Part shown: piece after piece, positions 52,446 through 64,000 of the stretch | How positions within the stretch are numbered: position 1 is the first letter of the stretch | Layout of the letters: each line of letters starts with the position of its first letter | Origin: Eledone cirrhosa | Lineage: Eukaryota | NCBI GenBank assembly: GCA_964016885.1 | Contig: OZ024744.1 | Span: 61,938,001 to 62,002,000 of the forward strand | Direction: 5' to 3' | DNA: 64,000 nucleotides | Notes under the pieces: generated by a model | Database searches by the model: none | What the model was told of the DNA's origin: nothing | What the model saw: the letters and a program-made list of their open reading frames with translations, nothing else | Made by a program: the position numbers and the translations under genes

Positions 52446-54930
52446 AGTATCTCTGTGCTTAAAGACCAAGGGATTGGCTACTTATCTTCTAAGATCTTAT
52501 AATTTTATGTAAGAAGGTTTTATGTTCCAAACACCAGCTTATGTATGAAAAAGTTGGTTATATTATGACATTTCTTCAAATTCTGGGGCAAGATGTTTTC
52601 TGTACAAGCTTGAATATATGAAGCATTCCCTTCATCAACATCATTATCATTATATTACTTCTATTTTTCCATGTTTGCATGAGTTAGATGATTCTTCTCC
52701 AATACAGTATCTCTACTTCTTCCTTTCTATTTCTTCACCATTGTGAGACTCAGTATCCCGAGATAAGCTTTCAGTACTTCAGTACAGGTCTTAATCATCT
52801 ACTACATCTTCCTTCCACTTGGAACTCCTGGCAGTTCTTTACCTGACAATCATTATCCATATACATCACATATCAACACCAATGCAATCTTCTCCCTTGT
52901 ACACATGTTTTCTCTTATACCCAGTTTTTCTTTCAATTCTTCCATGCATCAATGTTCATGCATATCAAGATTACATAACCAACAGAGCATATTTGATATA
53001 TTTTTTCCTACCCTTCATATATCTTCTACATTCAGTGCCCATGTCTCACTTCCATGTAAACATTGCATGAACAGGAATGAAGAGGAATGTTGATGGGGAA
53101 ACAGTAGCTTATCTAACAGAAGCATCTTTTTCTTGAACCAAATGAATTAAAAAATTATTTACCTCTAATAGGTAAGAAAGTGAATATTATAAACAATGTA
53201 TACATGCCAATATCAACATGAATTGTATATCAAAAAGAGAAAATTTACATCACACACACACAATGTATACATGCAAACATATTTACACAAACCTAAAATT
53301 ACACACACGCACGATATAGTCTTTACACAAATGCTAATATATATTTACATACGCAGACACATTTACACATGCGCACAAACACCTTCAAACATGTACAAAC
53401 ACATTTATACACATTAGCAAACACAGCTTCACATGCACATACACACACACACTTCTCTCTAAGAGCCATTCTACAGTAGAAGTGTTTCACAGCTGAATAG
53501 ACAGTTTCTATTTTAACAAGGGATCAGAGGATGTTCCCTCAAACCTCTCCCCATGGACGGGGGGGGGGGGGGGGGGTTATGGGGGAATGGAGTAGAAAAG
53601 AGTAGTATTTTACTTCAATGCATATGAAATGAGAATGTACTGAGGCAGGGAATTCTACTGCAAGCGATGTTGCAGAGGAAGAAGGGCAGACAGATTGTAG
53701 CGAGAAAGAAACAAAGTAAGGAGGGGGAAAAGCAAAAGAGCAACAACAACAAAATTATTACAGAAGAATTACAAGAAATTGATTCTAAAATATGTTGTGT
53801 CTATGCATACACCCACACAAATTTCTCATTATTAATGGTGTTTGGAATGTTCTTACATAAAATCAAGATGGAAGGTTTTTAGATGAATATAATCATTTAA
53901 AAAGAAAGTTCTGTATTGACATGATTGGCAATCAAATGGGAACATTTTAGGTTAGAAAAGGCTCTGTTGTCATGCCAAGGACATTACAACCTCTTTGGTG
54001 CTGGTGCCATGATAAGATGTGCCCAGTACACTATGTAAAGTGGATGGCTTTCGGAAGGGCATCCAGCTCTAGACACCACACCAAAATTGGAACAAGAACA
54101 TGATATAGTCATTTGACTATAAGAATTGACTTAGAGCATAACAACCCATCCAACCCATATCAGCATGGAAACAGACACAAAATGATGAACTATTACAAGA
54201 CCAATTTCAAACTTATTTTTCATACATTCCACAAAGAAACCTAACAACAGCTGGCTTGTTATGTAGTTTAAAAACTATATGATATAAATAATACATTATA
54301 CCATTATCATCGTCATTTTACAATCATTTGTCTGTGCTAGCATGGGTTGGGTTGGATTGGTTATCAAAGACCTAGTTAATACATAATTGCAGCTACTGAC
54401 CTCCCAGACGGACCAGGGAGAAAAGTCTCATACAGCATGGTTGCTACAGCTGGATGCTTTTCAAATACCAAATATAGGTATATTCAATTTATCTCGTGTT
54501 GATTTGGCAGATTCATTTGATCATTGGATATTTGTTCCAGCAGACTATGACCCGAGATCTACTTTGCTTTTAATCTTTCCCCGGGCTCGATAAAACAATA
54601 AAGTATCAACCCAGTGGGGTTGCATCCTCTCTCCTTCCAACTGTCACATCTTAGATGTTCTAATGGATGAAAACAGAGGGTTGAGAGGGTGTCTGTGACT
54701 ACTTGTGACTATATGGGCACCAAAAACCTTGAGTGAAAACATGTTAATACCAAGCAATGGCAGTAGTAATAGTGGCAGTGGTTTAGATGATGGTAGCATG
54801 GCAGTAGTAAAATAAATACACACACAATGTCCCCTAAAAATGTATAGACACTTTGATTACCTGTACAGGCATTATTTATTAGAATACTGTTGAAGTGTGT
54901 ATATATTTTTGTAGTGTGTATATATATATA

Positions 54931-54966
54931 TATTCTGATGAAGGATTCGCATCAGAAACGTTAAGA
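54931..54966 (+). ncRNA. Degenerate minimal hammerhead (Penelope-like remnant)
   Basis: tatt-CTGATGA-a-ggat-tcgc-atca-GAAA-cgtt-aaga; palindromic AACGTT stem III; mismatches in stems I and II. Confidence 0.5.
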
Positions 54967-55079
54967 CCCTCTTCCTGCTATATCAAGCATTAACCTAATA
55001 TATACCTTCCATACACTGTACCGATTGTGTTGTTATTTCTGTTCACTCACACACAAACACACACACACACACATACACA

Positions 55080-55971
55080 CACGGTGCGGACGAAATCTGT
55101 TCGCAAGATTATTGTCTAGGAAAAAATAACACAGTAGTTTTATTTTTTAAGATATATTTAGCAAACTTGGGTCAGTTTGTCTTCATGACTTGTTCTTTCG
55201 ATCTCGCTCGATAAACCCACCATTGGCTTTGATGACGGCCTCAAGGCGGCCTGGGAACCGGCTACAGGCCTTCGTCACTGTCCCCCGACTTAGGCCCCTA
55301 AAGACACTTGTGATCCTGGCCTTCAGATCGTCTTTCATATTGCAGCTAGATCTGTTGGTGTCTCGTTCCACTGCACTCCACACAAAGAAGTCGAGGGGGT
55401 TGCAGTCAGGCGAGCTGGGAGGCCAGATCTCAGGTGAAGTGTTGTTGACGAAGTTCTCTGACAGCCAGGCTTGGGTCTTTCGGCTGGTATGGCAGGGCGC
55501 TGAGTCTTGCTGCCACACGTACAGCCTACCTGCAGCTACCTGGTCGATTCAGGGCTTTACTACCTTGCTCAGAACCCGGATGTAGCCATCGGTGTTCAGC
55601 TTGAGGCCCTCAGGGAAGAAGTGAGGTGGCATGACGTCACCTTGACTGCTGACGACACCTAAGACCAATGTTGTCGCTGGAAACTTTGTCTGCATGACTC
55701 TGGGCACGTCTTTGGATGAGACAGCGAGCCACCTGTTGTTCTGGGAGTTGATCTTCTGGTCTTATTTGTCCTCCTGGTGCAGATTCCAAGAAGAACTCTG
55801 TGTCTCTTCCACAAATTTGGAGGTTCAAAATTATTCATAATCAATTATTCTGAAAATAAATAATGGAAATATAGTCACTGTTTTTATGAAGACAAGAGTG
55901 ACAACGGAAGTAAAAAAAATGTGCATAAAATTAACAGTTGAAAATTGCGAACAAATATCGTCCGCACCCTG
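55080..55971 (-). mobile_element. Internally deleted maT-family (DD37D) Tc1/mariner transposon
   Basis: TIR cacggtgcggacgaaatctgttcgcaa / ttgcgaacaaatatcgtccgcaccctg followed by TA. ORF WQQDSAPCH...WPPSSPDCNPLD has 37 residues between the second and third Asp. The N-terminal DNA-binding region is missing. Confidence 0.9.
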
Positions 55972-57430
55972 TATATATATATAGAGATATATAGATATAT
56001 TGTGGGTTGAATCGGAGGTAACCACAGTAAGTAAGGTACTCAATACATTGCAGAGTATAAAAGTTTCTCATCTATATTAAAAGATATATAGATATATGTA
56101 GTTTCTACATAACCTGGACATTATTTATCCCAAATTGTAGAAATCTTATAACGAAACGGCTGTCTGGACGGAAAGAGATATTTATAGATATATTCATTCA
56201 TACATGTGTTATACACACATATTCACACACATACAAAGAGAGACACTCCTACTACCACCACCACCTCCACTACCACCACCACTACAGCAAAGAACTTTAA
56301 TGAACTAGTGGATAAACAAAGTTCAACTGGTAAATCATGGACATTCCAGTGTAAGCAGGAGTGAAGTAAAACAAATTAAGGCCAATGGATTCCACTGGTA
56401 GAAATGATTCAATCATTGTGTGTTTTAGTGCCTTACCAAGTGATAGAAATAAGTAGATAGAATAGTCAATGAGAGGGGCAGGCTGATGGGGAGAGAGGGG
56501 AGGCTGGGATTGGAGTGATAGGAGGGCAGCATGGAGAGAGATAAGGGAGAGGAGAGAAGGAAGGGAGGAGAGAGAGGGGAATGAGAGAGAAGAGAGAGGG
56601 GGGTGTATGTGCATGTTTATTATTTATGTCCTGTGATTTAGCAGTTATATTCTCAGGTCTTGAATAATTACCCTCCTCCCTGCTTATTAATTTCTGATTT
56701 TTTCGTTTATTCCACCAACACCCCCATAAAATTTAAGCAAATGCTTCCCCCCTTGCACTTACCCCCTCCCCTCCTATTATTTGGGACCTGAGAGTACAGG
56801 AATATTGATAAAATAAAAGTGTAAAATGTAAGTATTGTGTGTGGGTAACATGAACAACTACACCCTTTTCAGCATGGCTGAACAGTAATGACAGAAACCA
56901 GTGAAAGAGTAATCCCAATCTGTAGTCAACATGATGCTGGTATCAGTTAAAGAAGGAACATGTAAGAGGCAATAAAAAGAGAATACTCCACTTTCAATGG
57001 ATATATTTAGAGATAGTTAAGCTGAGTGTGTGAAAATAGATCTTCATAATAGCTGAATTGATGTCAATAATTATTATTTTTACATCTGGGTTTTCCATAG
57101 TAGCATGGGTTAGACAGATTGTTACAGACAAAGTTAGTACTTAATTGGAGCTACTGTCCTCCTAGATAGGTTGGAGGACCATATCCCACTTAAAACATTC
57201 CAGTTTTTGCATGGTTTATACAGCTGAAATATTTTCCTAACACCAGAGTGTATTGGTTGACATAAGTAGAATTAGAGAGATTGTTATGCTCATGTTATTA
57301 CTGAAGAACCCTCTTGACCCATTTTGGAATCACAGGTACAACTTATTTTTCCAGTTGAATGGACTGGAGTAATATGAAATGTATGTTGAAGGACACATTT
57401 CTGTGGTTTCTATGGTTGGATACCCTTCCT

Positions 57431-57728
57431 AATAATTGTTTCTACTTTTGGCACAAGGCCAGCAATTACCCAGTACATTACTGGGCGGTGAATTGGCAGT
57501 ATTGGTAGAGGATTGGACACCATGCTTTCTAGCATAGTTATGTCCCTTTACGGTCTGAGTTCAAATCCCGTCGAGGTTAACTTTGCCTTTCATCCTTATT
57601 TTATCGACCCCGTAAGGATGAAAGGCAAAGTTAACATCGACGGGATTTGAACTCAGACTGTAAAGGGACGTAACTATGCTAGAAAGCATGGTGTCCAACC
57701 CTCTACCAATACTGCCAATTCACCGCCC
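57431..57728. mobile_element. Fold-back SINE family A (116-bp inverted arms)
   Basis: Arms 57483-57598 and 57613-57728, 14-nt loop, SINE tail at 57431-57484. Confidence 0.9.
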
Positions 57729-58149
57729 CTATAATGCCAACCGCTTTACATGTATTGTGTCATCAGCATTACCACTTTCAATAAACACTAAGGTGTTTGT
57801 TGTGTCTTCAACCAGATTTGGAAAACCAATGGTGAGACGAGAATGTGAGGAGAGGAAAGGAGGAACAGGCTACCTGTTGCATGCTGAGGGATAGAATCAT
57901 CCCTCTGTAAGACAGAGTGGCAAAGTAAGCATTGGGTCATGAGGGTGACATTGGAAAGAGTGAGTAACATCTGGCAGTACGTTGTGGTGTGTGTGTCTTT
58001 CCATGCTGGATTGGGTTGGACAAGGAAGAGGAATCAGGAATATGGGTGGGGAAGGGAAGTAAGAATCAAGTAGCAGGGTAGCTTTGAAGAGGGTGCATGA
58101 CATACACGTCCTTAAACTTTTCTGCTTCTTCACTACCATCCTCCTCAAT

Positions 58150-58430
58150 CTTTTGTAGAATACTAAATCCCTAGTCAACTTGATCCTGTCATCTGCTTTG
58201 TGAGCTTCAACTTCATGAGATCATCTCAAGTTTTCCTGGTGCCTCTTCCACAGTTCCCATCAACTTCGAGCACCCAACACTTCCTAATATAGCTCTTATC
58301 CTTTGCATCACATTTCCATACTAACGCAGTACTCTTGTACATATTACATCTGATTTCATTTCTCATATGCTCAGTTTTTCTCAGCTCATTGATGCTCCAT
58401 CGTTTATGTAAACTACTATTATACATCAAA
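58150..58430 (-). mobile_element. Old RTE-type LINE 3' fragment
   Basis: SINELRK...IRKCWVLEVDGNCGRGTRKT parallels the C-terminus of the younger RTE copies. Confidence 0.65.
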
Positions 58431-58636
58431 GCATGCACACACACACACACAACGTCATATGTACAAAACTTTCATATTGCATTATGATCCAAGATTTCAG
58501 TACAGGGAAGCTGCATGTGCATGTGTGTATGTAGGTGGTTCTATATAATATATTATTTCATAATCTATTTAGTTATTCAAAAGAAACTGGAAAAACATTG
58601 ATTTACCTATGGCGTTATTTTTTGTTTGTTTGTTCT

Positions 58637-58668
<32 letters not shown>

Positions 58669-58722
58669 GTGCGTGTATGTTGCAAGCAGAGAAAAGCAGA
58701 CATAAAATGATGATGATGATGA

Positions 58723-58761
<39 letters not shown>

Positions 58762-59001
58762 GGATATTAAATAAATGGAAACTATATTTATTCTGTTTCT
58801 GAATTTGTTTAGCAAGATTCTTTATCTGAAAACGTGTGTTGAAACCGATATTGTTATACTTTGGGAGGGTCATGTTGCCAATAAGAAACACACGCACCAG
58901 TAGCTTTCACTTCAATTTATTATAATAAATTTATAAATTTAGGAATTTATAAATTTCTGGTTGGTTGGTTGGTTCCACAACCAGATAGTTGTTTATATAT
59001 T

Positions 59002-59044
59002 GTCAAAGTTCTTTCGTCACACATTCTGTGACCTCTTCAGTGAC
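59002..59044 (-). ncRNA. Minimal hammerhead in a Penelope-like remnant (~58760-59110)
   Basis: Minus strand gtca-CTGAAGA-g-gtcaca-gaatg-tgtgac-GAAA-gaactt-tgac; stem I gtca/tgac. Confidence 0.6.
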
Positions 59045-59109
59045 TGGGGATTCTTTTCTTTGTTTTTGTGCCTCTCCTTTGTTCTGTCCTATGCCATTTT
59101 GTTTCTGTG

Positions 59110-59768
59110 TGTGGTTTTCTGCTAGCATGTGTAGTGTGTATATTGATATTATAAGCAGGTATACATACATGTAGATATGATACATCAAATAAAATCGTAA
59201 TTGACAATATATAATACATAGAAATTGAACGAAGACTGCGTTACACTGTCTTATGTAATCAGTAACGTAATCCATGATACATTAAAAAAAGACAATATTA
59301 TATATAAACTGCATTAGAAGAAAATTAGTGACAGAAAATTAGTATGTTTATTTAAGCGATGGCCAACGGGAAGTGTTGACATTTCAAAAATTTTAAAGAA
59401 GTGAATCTTTAAATAAACAAAATATATTTAATCAACAGCCACAAAATTTAGTAGATAAATTATGTAATATTCATTCATTATTTATTCAAAGTGGATTGGC
59501 AGTATCGGTAGAGAGTCGGATGCCATGCTTTGACGCATAGAGTTACGGCCCTTGCCATTCTGAGTTCAAATCCCGCCAAGGTTAACTTTGCCTTTCATCC
59601 TTACGGGGTCGATAAAATAAAGTACGAGTAATACACTGGGTAATTGCTGGCCTTGTGCCTAACGTAGAAACAATTATTTATTCAAAGTAATCCAACTTAT
59701 TTTACTAATGGGATAAAAAATTATAAACCGTACGCAGTTCCACACTCCTTACTTTATTATAGTTTAGA
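59110..59768 (-). mobile_element. Non-autonomous Helitron (copy 2), broken inside the 3' hairpin
   Basis: Inverted paralog of 9989-10644 with the same A|TCTAAACTATAATAAAG start; homology ends at ctagcagaaaaccac. Confidence 0.78.
59492..59678 (+). mobile_element. SINE family A (subfamily 2) inserted in Helitron copy 2
   Basis: TSD attatttattcaaagt (16 bp). Confidence 0.9.
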
Positions 59769-59872
59769 TCGGCATATCCAGGAAGACGATCTTAACGGTT
59801 CAAGTTTTTCCTTGAAAAAATTGAACTGTTAAGATCTTCCTGGATATGTCAATATTTATAAAACAAACTTTG

Positions 59873-59933
59873 TATTTTATCTGATGAGAGCGTACCAATG
59901 TTTTGGTACCCTTGAAATATATATAATAGAATA
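59873..59933 (+). ncRNA. Minimal type I hammerhead ribozyme (Penelope-like element type)
   Basis: Stem I tattttat/atagaata; CTGATGA at 59881; stem II gagcgtacca/tggtaccctt; GAAA at 59914; palindromic ATATATAT stem III; predicted cut after UA at ~59925. Confidence 0.7.
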
Positions 59934-60069
59934 AATATGGTTTTATAAATATAATTTCTATTTATTTAATATCATTGATATTATACTCCAGAAAACCTGT
60001 CGAGTGCTTTGAATCAGTTATAAACATATATATTTGTTGAATTACCAACAAATTAAATATCCCTTTGCT

Positions 60070-60464
60070 TGACCCGCCTTGCCTAAGTACAAAGCGAAAC
60101 CTACAGTCAGTAAGCACCTCTAACAAAATACCCCCCCCCCCCACACACACACACACACACACCACTCCCTTAAATGTAAAGTTATGTTGGTACCACAACA
60201 TCCAGTCCGAAACAAATGAGGACGTGTAGGTGTCACGACAAAAAAACACACAATCCAAGCTGTAATGTGGCCGTGAAGGTAACACGGTAAAAACCTCCCA
60301 GCCCCACACTGTAAATGTGGTTGGTGTTAGGAAGGGCATCCAGCCGTAGAAAACCCGCCAGACAGTCCTCTGCGAGCAGGACAACAAATCTTGCCTCAAG
60401 TGGGAAACCTCCCGTCCAAACCCATGCAAGCGTGGAAGATGGACGTTAAATGATGATGATGATG
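60070..60464 (+). mobile_element. RTE-type LINE 3' UTR copy with GAT tail
   Basis: Matches 35143-35525 (gacccgccttgcctaagtacaaagcgaaacc...ggacgttaaatgatgatgat). Confidence 0.9.
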
Positions 60465-60507
60465 ATATATATATATAAACGGAAAATATGAAACGAAATT
60501 TCATCAA

Positions 60508-60555
<48 letters not shown>

Positions 60556-61032
60556 TTGCAATCAGGGAAAAGCGGCCATAAAATGATGATGATGATATGA
60601 AATATGTCATGACACCATGACAGTTGCTGCTGAGATAACATACTTGAACTAATAAATAAGACAATAGGTAGAAGGAAAGGTCACATGAGTATGAAAGGGC
60701 AATGAAAATAGATAGGGTTAACATGTGTTATCTTTATTATCATTAACATCATCATCATCTCTTAATTCCAGTTACCTAATAATATGGAAAAAAAAATACA
60801 TATTTTTAACAGAAAATCCTTTTGATTATGGTATTCAATAGAAAATTGTATATTCCTTGTGAGAAAAGTCACACACACACACACACACACACTGTACAAT
60901 AAAAATAACAGCCCGCAATACAATGTACAGAGTTTATGTTAATAGTTGATTCATTTCATTGTTGCCCAAAATTTTACCCACATGTGAAATCCATACGCGC
61001 GTGTGTGCGCGTGCGTGCGTGTGTGCGTGTGC

Positions 61033-61094
<62 letters not shown>

Positions 61095-61606
61095 ACACAC
61101 ACATATATACACACTCATTTGTATCCGTACACAATCACAACTACACAAACACACAGTGTGTAATAAAAATGATTGCAGAAATGGAGTATTATTCAGGGAT
61201 TTCACAATAGGTTACAAAGGATCATGGGAATACTAGTAAAATCGTCAATGCCAGTTTAGAGAATATTAACACTAGATTTTTCTAATTAATGGTGTACTGT
61301 AACCGTGTGTTCATTTTTGGTTTGCATTTCGATATTAGTAAAGCCTCTAAGGAAGGAAGGGAGGGAGGGAGAGAGAGAGATGAGTAGACCCATAATCAAT
61401 TGCATTCTAGTCATGACCCTCTCATCTTTTAAGAACTACATTATCACATGTGCCCTTTGCATTTTTTAAGATGGTTGATGGAATTTGAGTGAACTTTGGC
61501 TACTATTTCTACCCTATTGAGCAACTAATTAGAGGCTCCTTAGCTTTTCTAAAGGGCAAATGTTTATTTGGAGTGGGATGGTTCAATATTGCAGTTGATA
61601 TCACAA

Positions 61607-62181
61607 TGACACCAGGACGATACAACACTGATGATGTCTCCAAGGTTTTACATCTGTATGTAGTTAGGTCACCTGGATGAGGGCGTGTGTTGTAAAACCC
61701 TCTGAAATATTCACTGACACCAGGACGATACAACACTGATGATGTGTCCAAGGTTTTACATCTGTATGTAGTTAGGTCACCTGGATGAGGGCGTGTGTTG
61801 TAAAACCCTCTGAAATATTCACTGACACCAGGACGATACAACACTGATGATGTGTCCAAGGTTTTACATCTGTATGTAGTTAGGTCACCTGGATGAGGGC
61901 GTGTGTTGTAAAACCCTCTGAAATATTCACTGACACCAGGACGATACAACACTGATGATGTGTCCAAGGTTTTACATCTGTATGTAGTTAGGTCACCTGG
62001 ATGAGGGCGTGTGTTGTAAAACCCTCTGAAATATTCACTGACACCAGGACGATACAACACTGATGATGTGTCCAAGGTTTTACATCTGTATGTAGTTAGG
62101 TCACCTGGATGAGGGCGTGTGTTGTAAAACCCTCTGAAATATTCACTGACACCAGGATACAACAATGATGATGTGTCCAAG
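61607..62181. repeat. 108-bp tandem repeat, 5.3 nearly identical copies
   Basis: tgacaccagg recurs at 61607, 61715, 61823, 61931, 62039 and 62147. Confidence 0.97.
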
Positions 62182-62879
62182 TATTTGCATCCAACAATGC
62201 ATAAAGAACTTTAATTCCAACTCACCTATTTTTTTATTTATTTAATGAAACCCCGATTAATACTAAAATGTGGTACGTGAATAGGCTTCCTTTAGCCATG
62301 ACTGGCCATGACTGACCATGACTTGATATCTAGATCTGCAAGGCTCCTCTCCAAAGTGAAGACCTGGGGATGGATTTTGTTTGTTTATTTTTTATATTAC
62401 TTTATATAGTTTTTGTAAAATTATCAGTCACCCATGCATACAAGTCTTCCCTCTCCATATCACTAGTATTGTTCAAGGGAAGGTAAGGACTGATATAGCT
62501 TGGCACTAAAGATGTCAAAGGCAAAGTCAGGATGCAAAGGGCCAAAAGCCATACAAAGCATCCTGTTTGACACTAACAATTCTACAAATCCACCGTTCCT
62601 ATTAGATTAAAATCTTCCAACAAAATTTCATATAAAAACTTTGTATTAAGTCACTATCTTAGTAATAAAATAAATAATTTTAATAAGTCCCTCAAAATTT
62701 TTCATTGGTTAATTAAATTACAAGGTTCCTTTTTAAATTCAAATCTCATAATAACAATAATATTGAAATTATTGTGTACAGTGCTCAGGTGCACTATAAC
62801 TCATCAAAAGTGCATGTATAGTACATAGAATAATGTACAAATGTCAGGAAAGTGAACAGTGTATGAGTCATGATATACA

Positions 62880-63100
62880 TGTATTCATGTGTATGGAGGG
62901 GGACATCAGGTGCAGTTTTGGCGAATCTCAGGAAGTATGGAGGTTTTAAAGGATACAGTGTCCCGACAGCTAACAACTGATGCAGGTAGTTTGTTCCATG
63001 CTTCAGCAACTCTGAGCGTGAAAATATGTTTCCAAAAGTCATTGGAGTTGTGCTGTTTCCTAACTTTATATCTCATTAGAAATACATTCATGAAAGTGTT
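62880..63100 (-). mobile_element. CR1-group LINE 3' end
   Basis: KHIFTLRVAEAWNKLPASVVSCRDTVSFK matches the F..RV...WN.LP..VV.....FK C-terminus of CR1/L2-group ORF2. Confidence 0.75.
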
Positions 63101-63303
63101 AAAGAGTATGTTGTAGAGGAAGATTTTGGGTATATTCAAGCAAGAAGATTTCTTGGCTTAAACAAGGGAAAAAAATAGAGACAGTTGTAGCAATCTGTAT
63201 ACATTAGCTTTCATTCATTCAACCATTTGTGTTGACCTTTCCCCCAAGTCATACAATCTAATTGATCCAGAGAAGCTGAATCAATTTTTGAGCTATGAGT
63301 CAT

Positions 63304-63369
<66 letters not shown>

Positions 63370-63948
63370 TTCTCTCCCTCCCTCTCTCTCTACTACTAAT
63401 AAAATCTAAATACAAATACAATGTGGACACTATTGCAGTTTCAACATTGATTAAAATTACATTAATATTTCTTAAACTGCCAAGAACAATTGATCAATGT
63501 ATCATTGCTGTCTGCATCATCCTATTGAGCATATTGATTGTTAAAAGCTGAATATATACAACCTATTTTGTCCACCCTTGTCTCAGTCCAGATGTGTCAA
63601 GTCCACAGTTACCAGAATATATCATCTCGGACACAGGGTGTGATGTGGTGACTTAGTATTTAGTGTAAATTATACCCTAAACACTCACTTTACAAAGAAA
63701 ATTATTTCAATGTCCTGTTCCACATGAAGCCACATTAGCACGACATTCTTGAAAAGTACAAAACAGCACTATGACTGCATCACATTAAAATTTTCTGGTA
63801 AATCATTTCATGATTTTTTTTTTTTTTTTTTTTTATTACGTGTTCAAAACTTAAATATCAGCAGAGAAAACCTGTTTTAAATAAAATACTTATTTCAATT
63901 CACTATTTCAATACTTATTTCAATTCAAGTTGGTACTTAAAGCATAGT

Positions 63949-63993
<45 letters not shown>

Positions 63994-64000
63994 ATGGGGG

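Noticed and set aside
61607-62181. CRISPR-like array, or tandem hammerhead array (each unit has CTGATGA and GAAA)
   Set aside because: Units are identical with no variable spacers and no cas genes. For a hammerhead, stem II does not abut the core, stem III cannot form, and the would-be triplet is GUG.

Overview
This window is eukaryotic, AT-rich and packed with repeats; it looks intronic or intergenic. The repeat families and giant (AT)n/(ATAC)n arrays suggest a cephalopod such as Octopus (inference from pattern recognition, not a database match). I found no intact host protein-coding exon, and nearly all long ORFs in the track are microsatellite artefacts. Supported content: a full-length frameshifted mariner (DD34D); an internally deleted maT (DD37D) element; TTAA/piggyBac-type, hAT-type and Tc1-type MITEs; non-autonomous Helitrons; a non-autonomous LTR element with a tRNA-Trp PBS; Tx1/L1, CR1 and RTE LINE fragments; several tRNA-derived SINE families; and minimal type I hammerhead ribozymes of the kind found in Penelope-like elements. 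Most interesting observations: (1) an RTE-type LINE with a C4HC3 PHD finger inside its RT region, whose copies pile up in both orientations in one ~16 kb AT array and may have seeded a new satellite motif; (2) two different SINE subfamilies inserted at the same site in two paralogous Helitrons, plus SINE chains stacked into each other's tails; (3) three plausible and several degenerate hammerheads with palindromic, dimer-type stem III; (4) a fold-back SINE forming a hairpin with 116-bp arms. Coordinates were counted by eye and may be off by a few bases.
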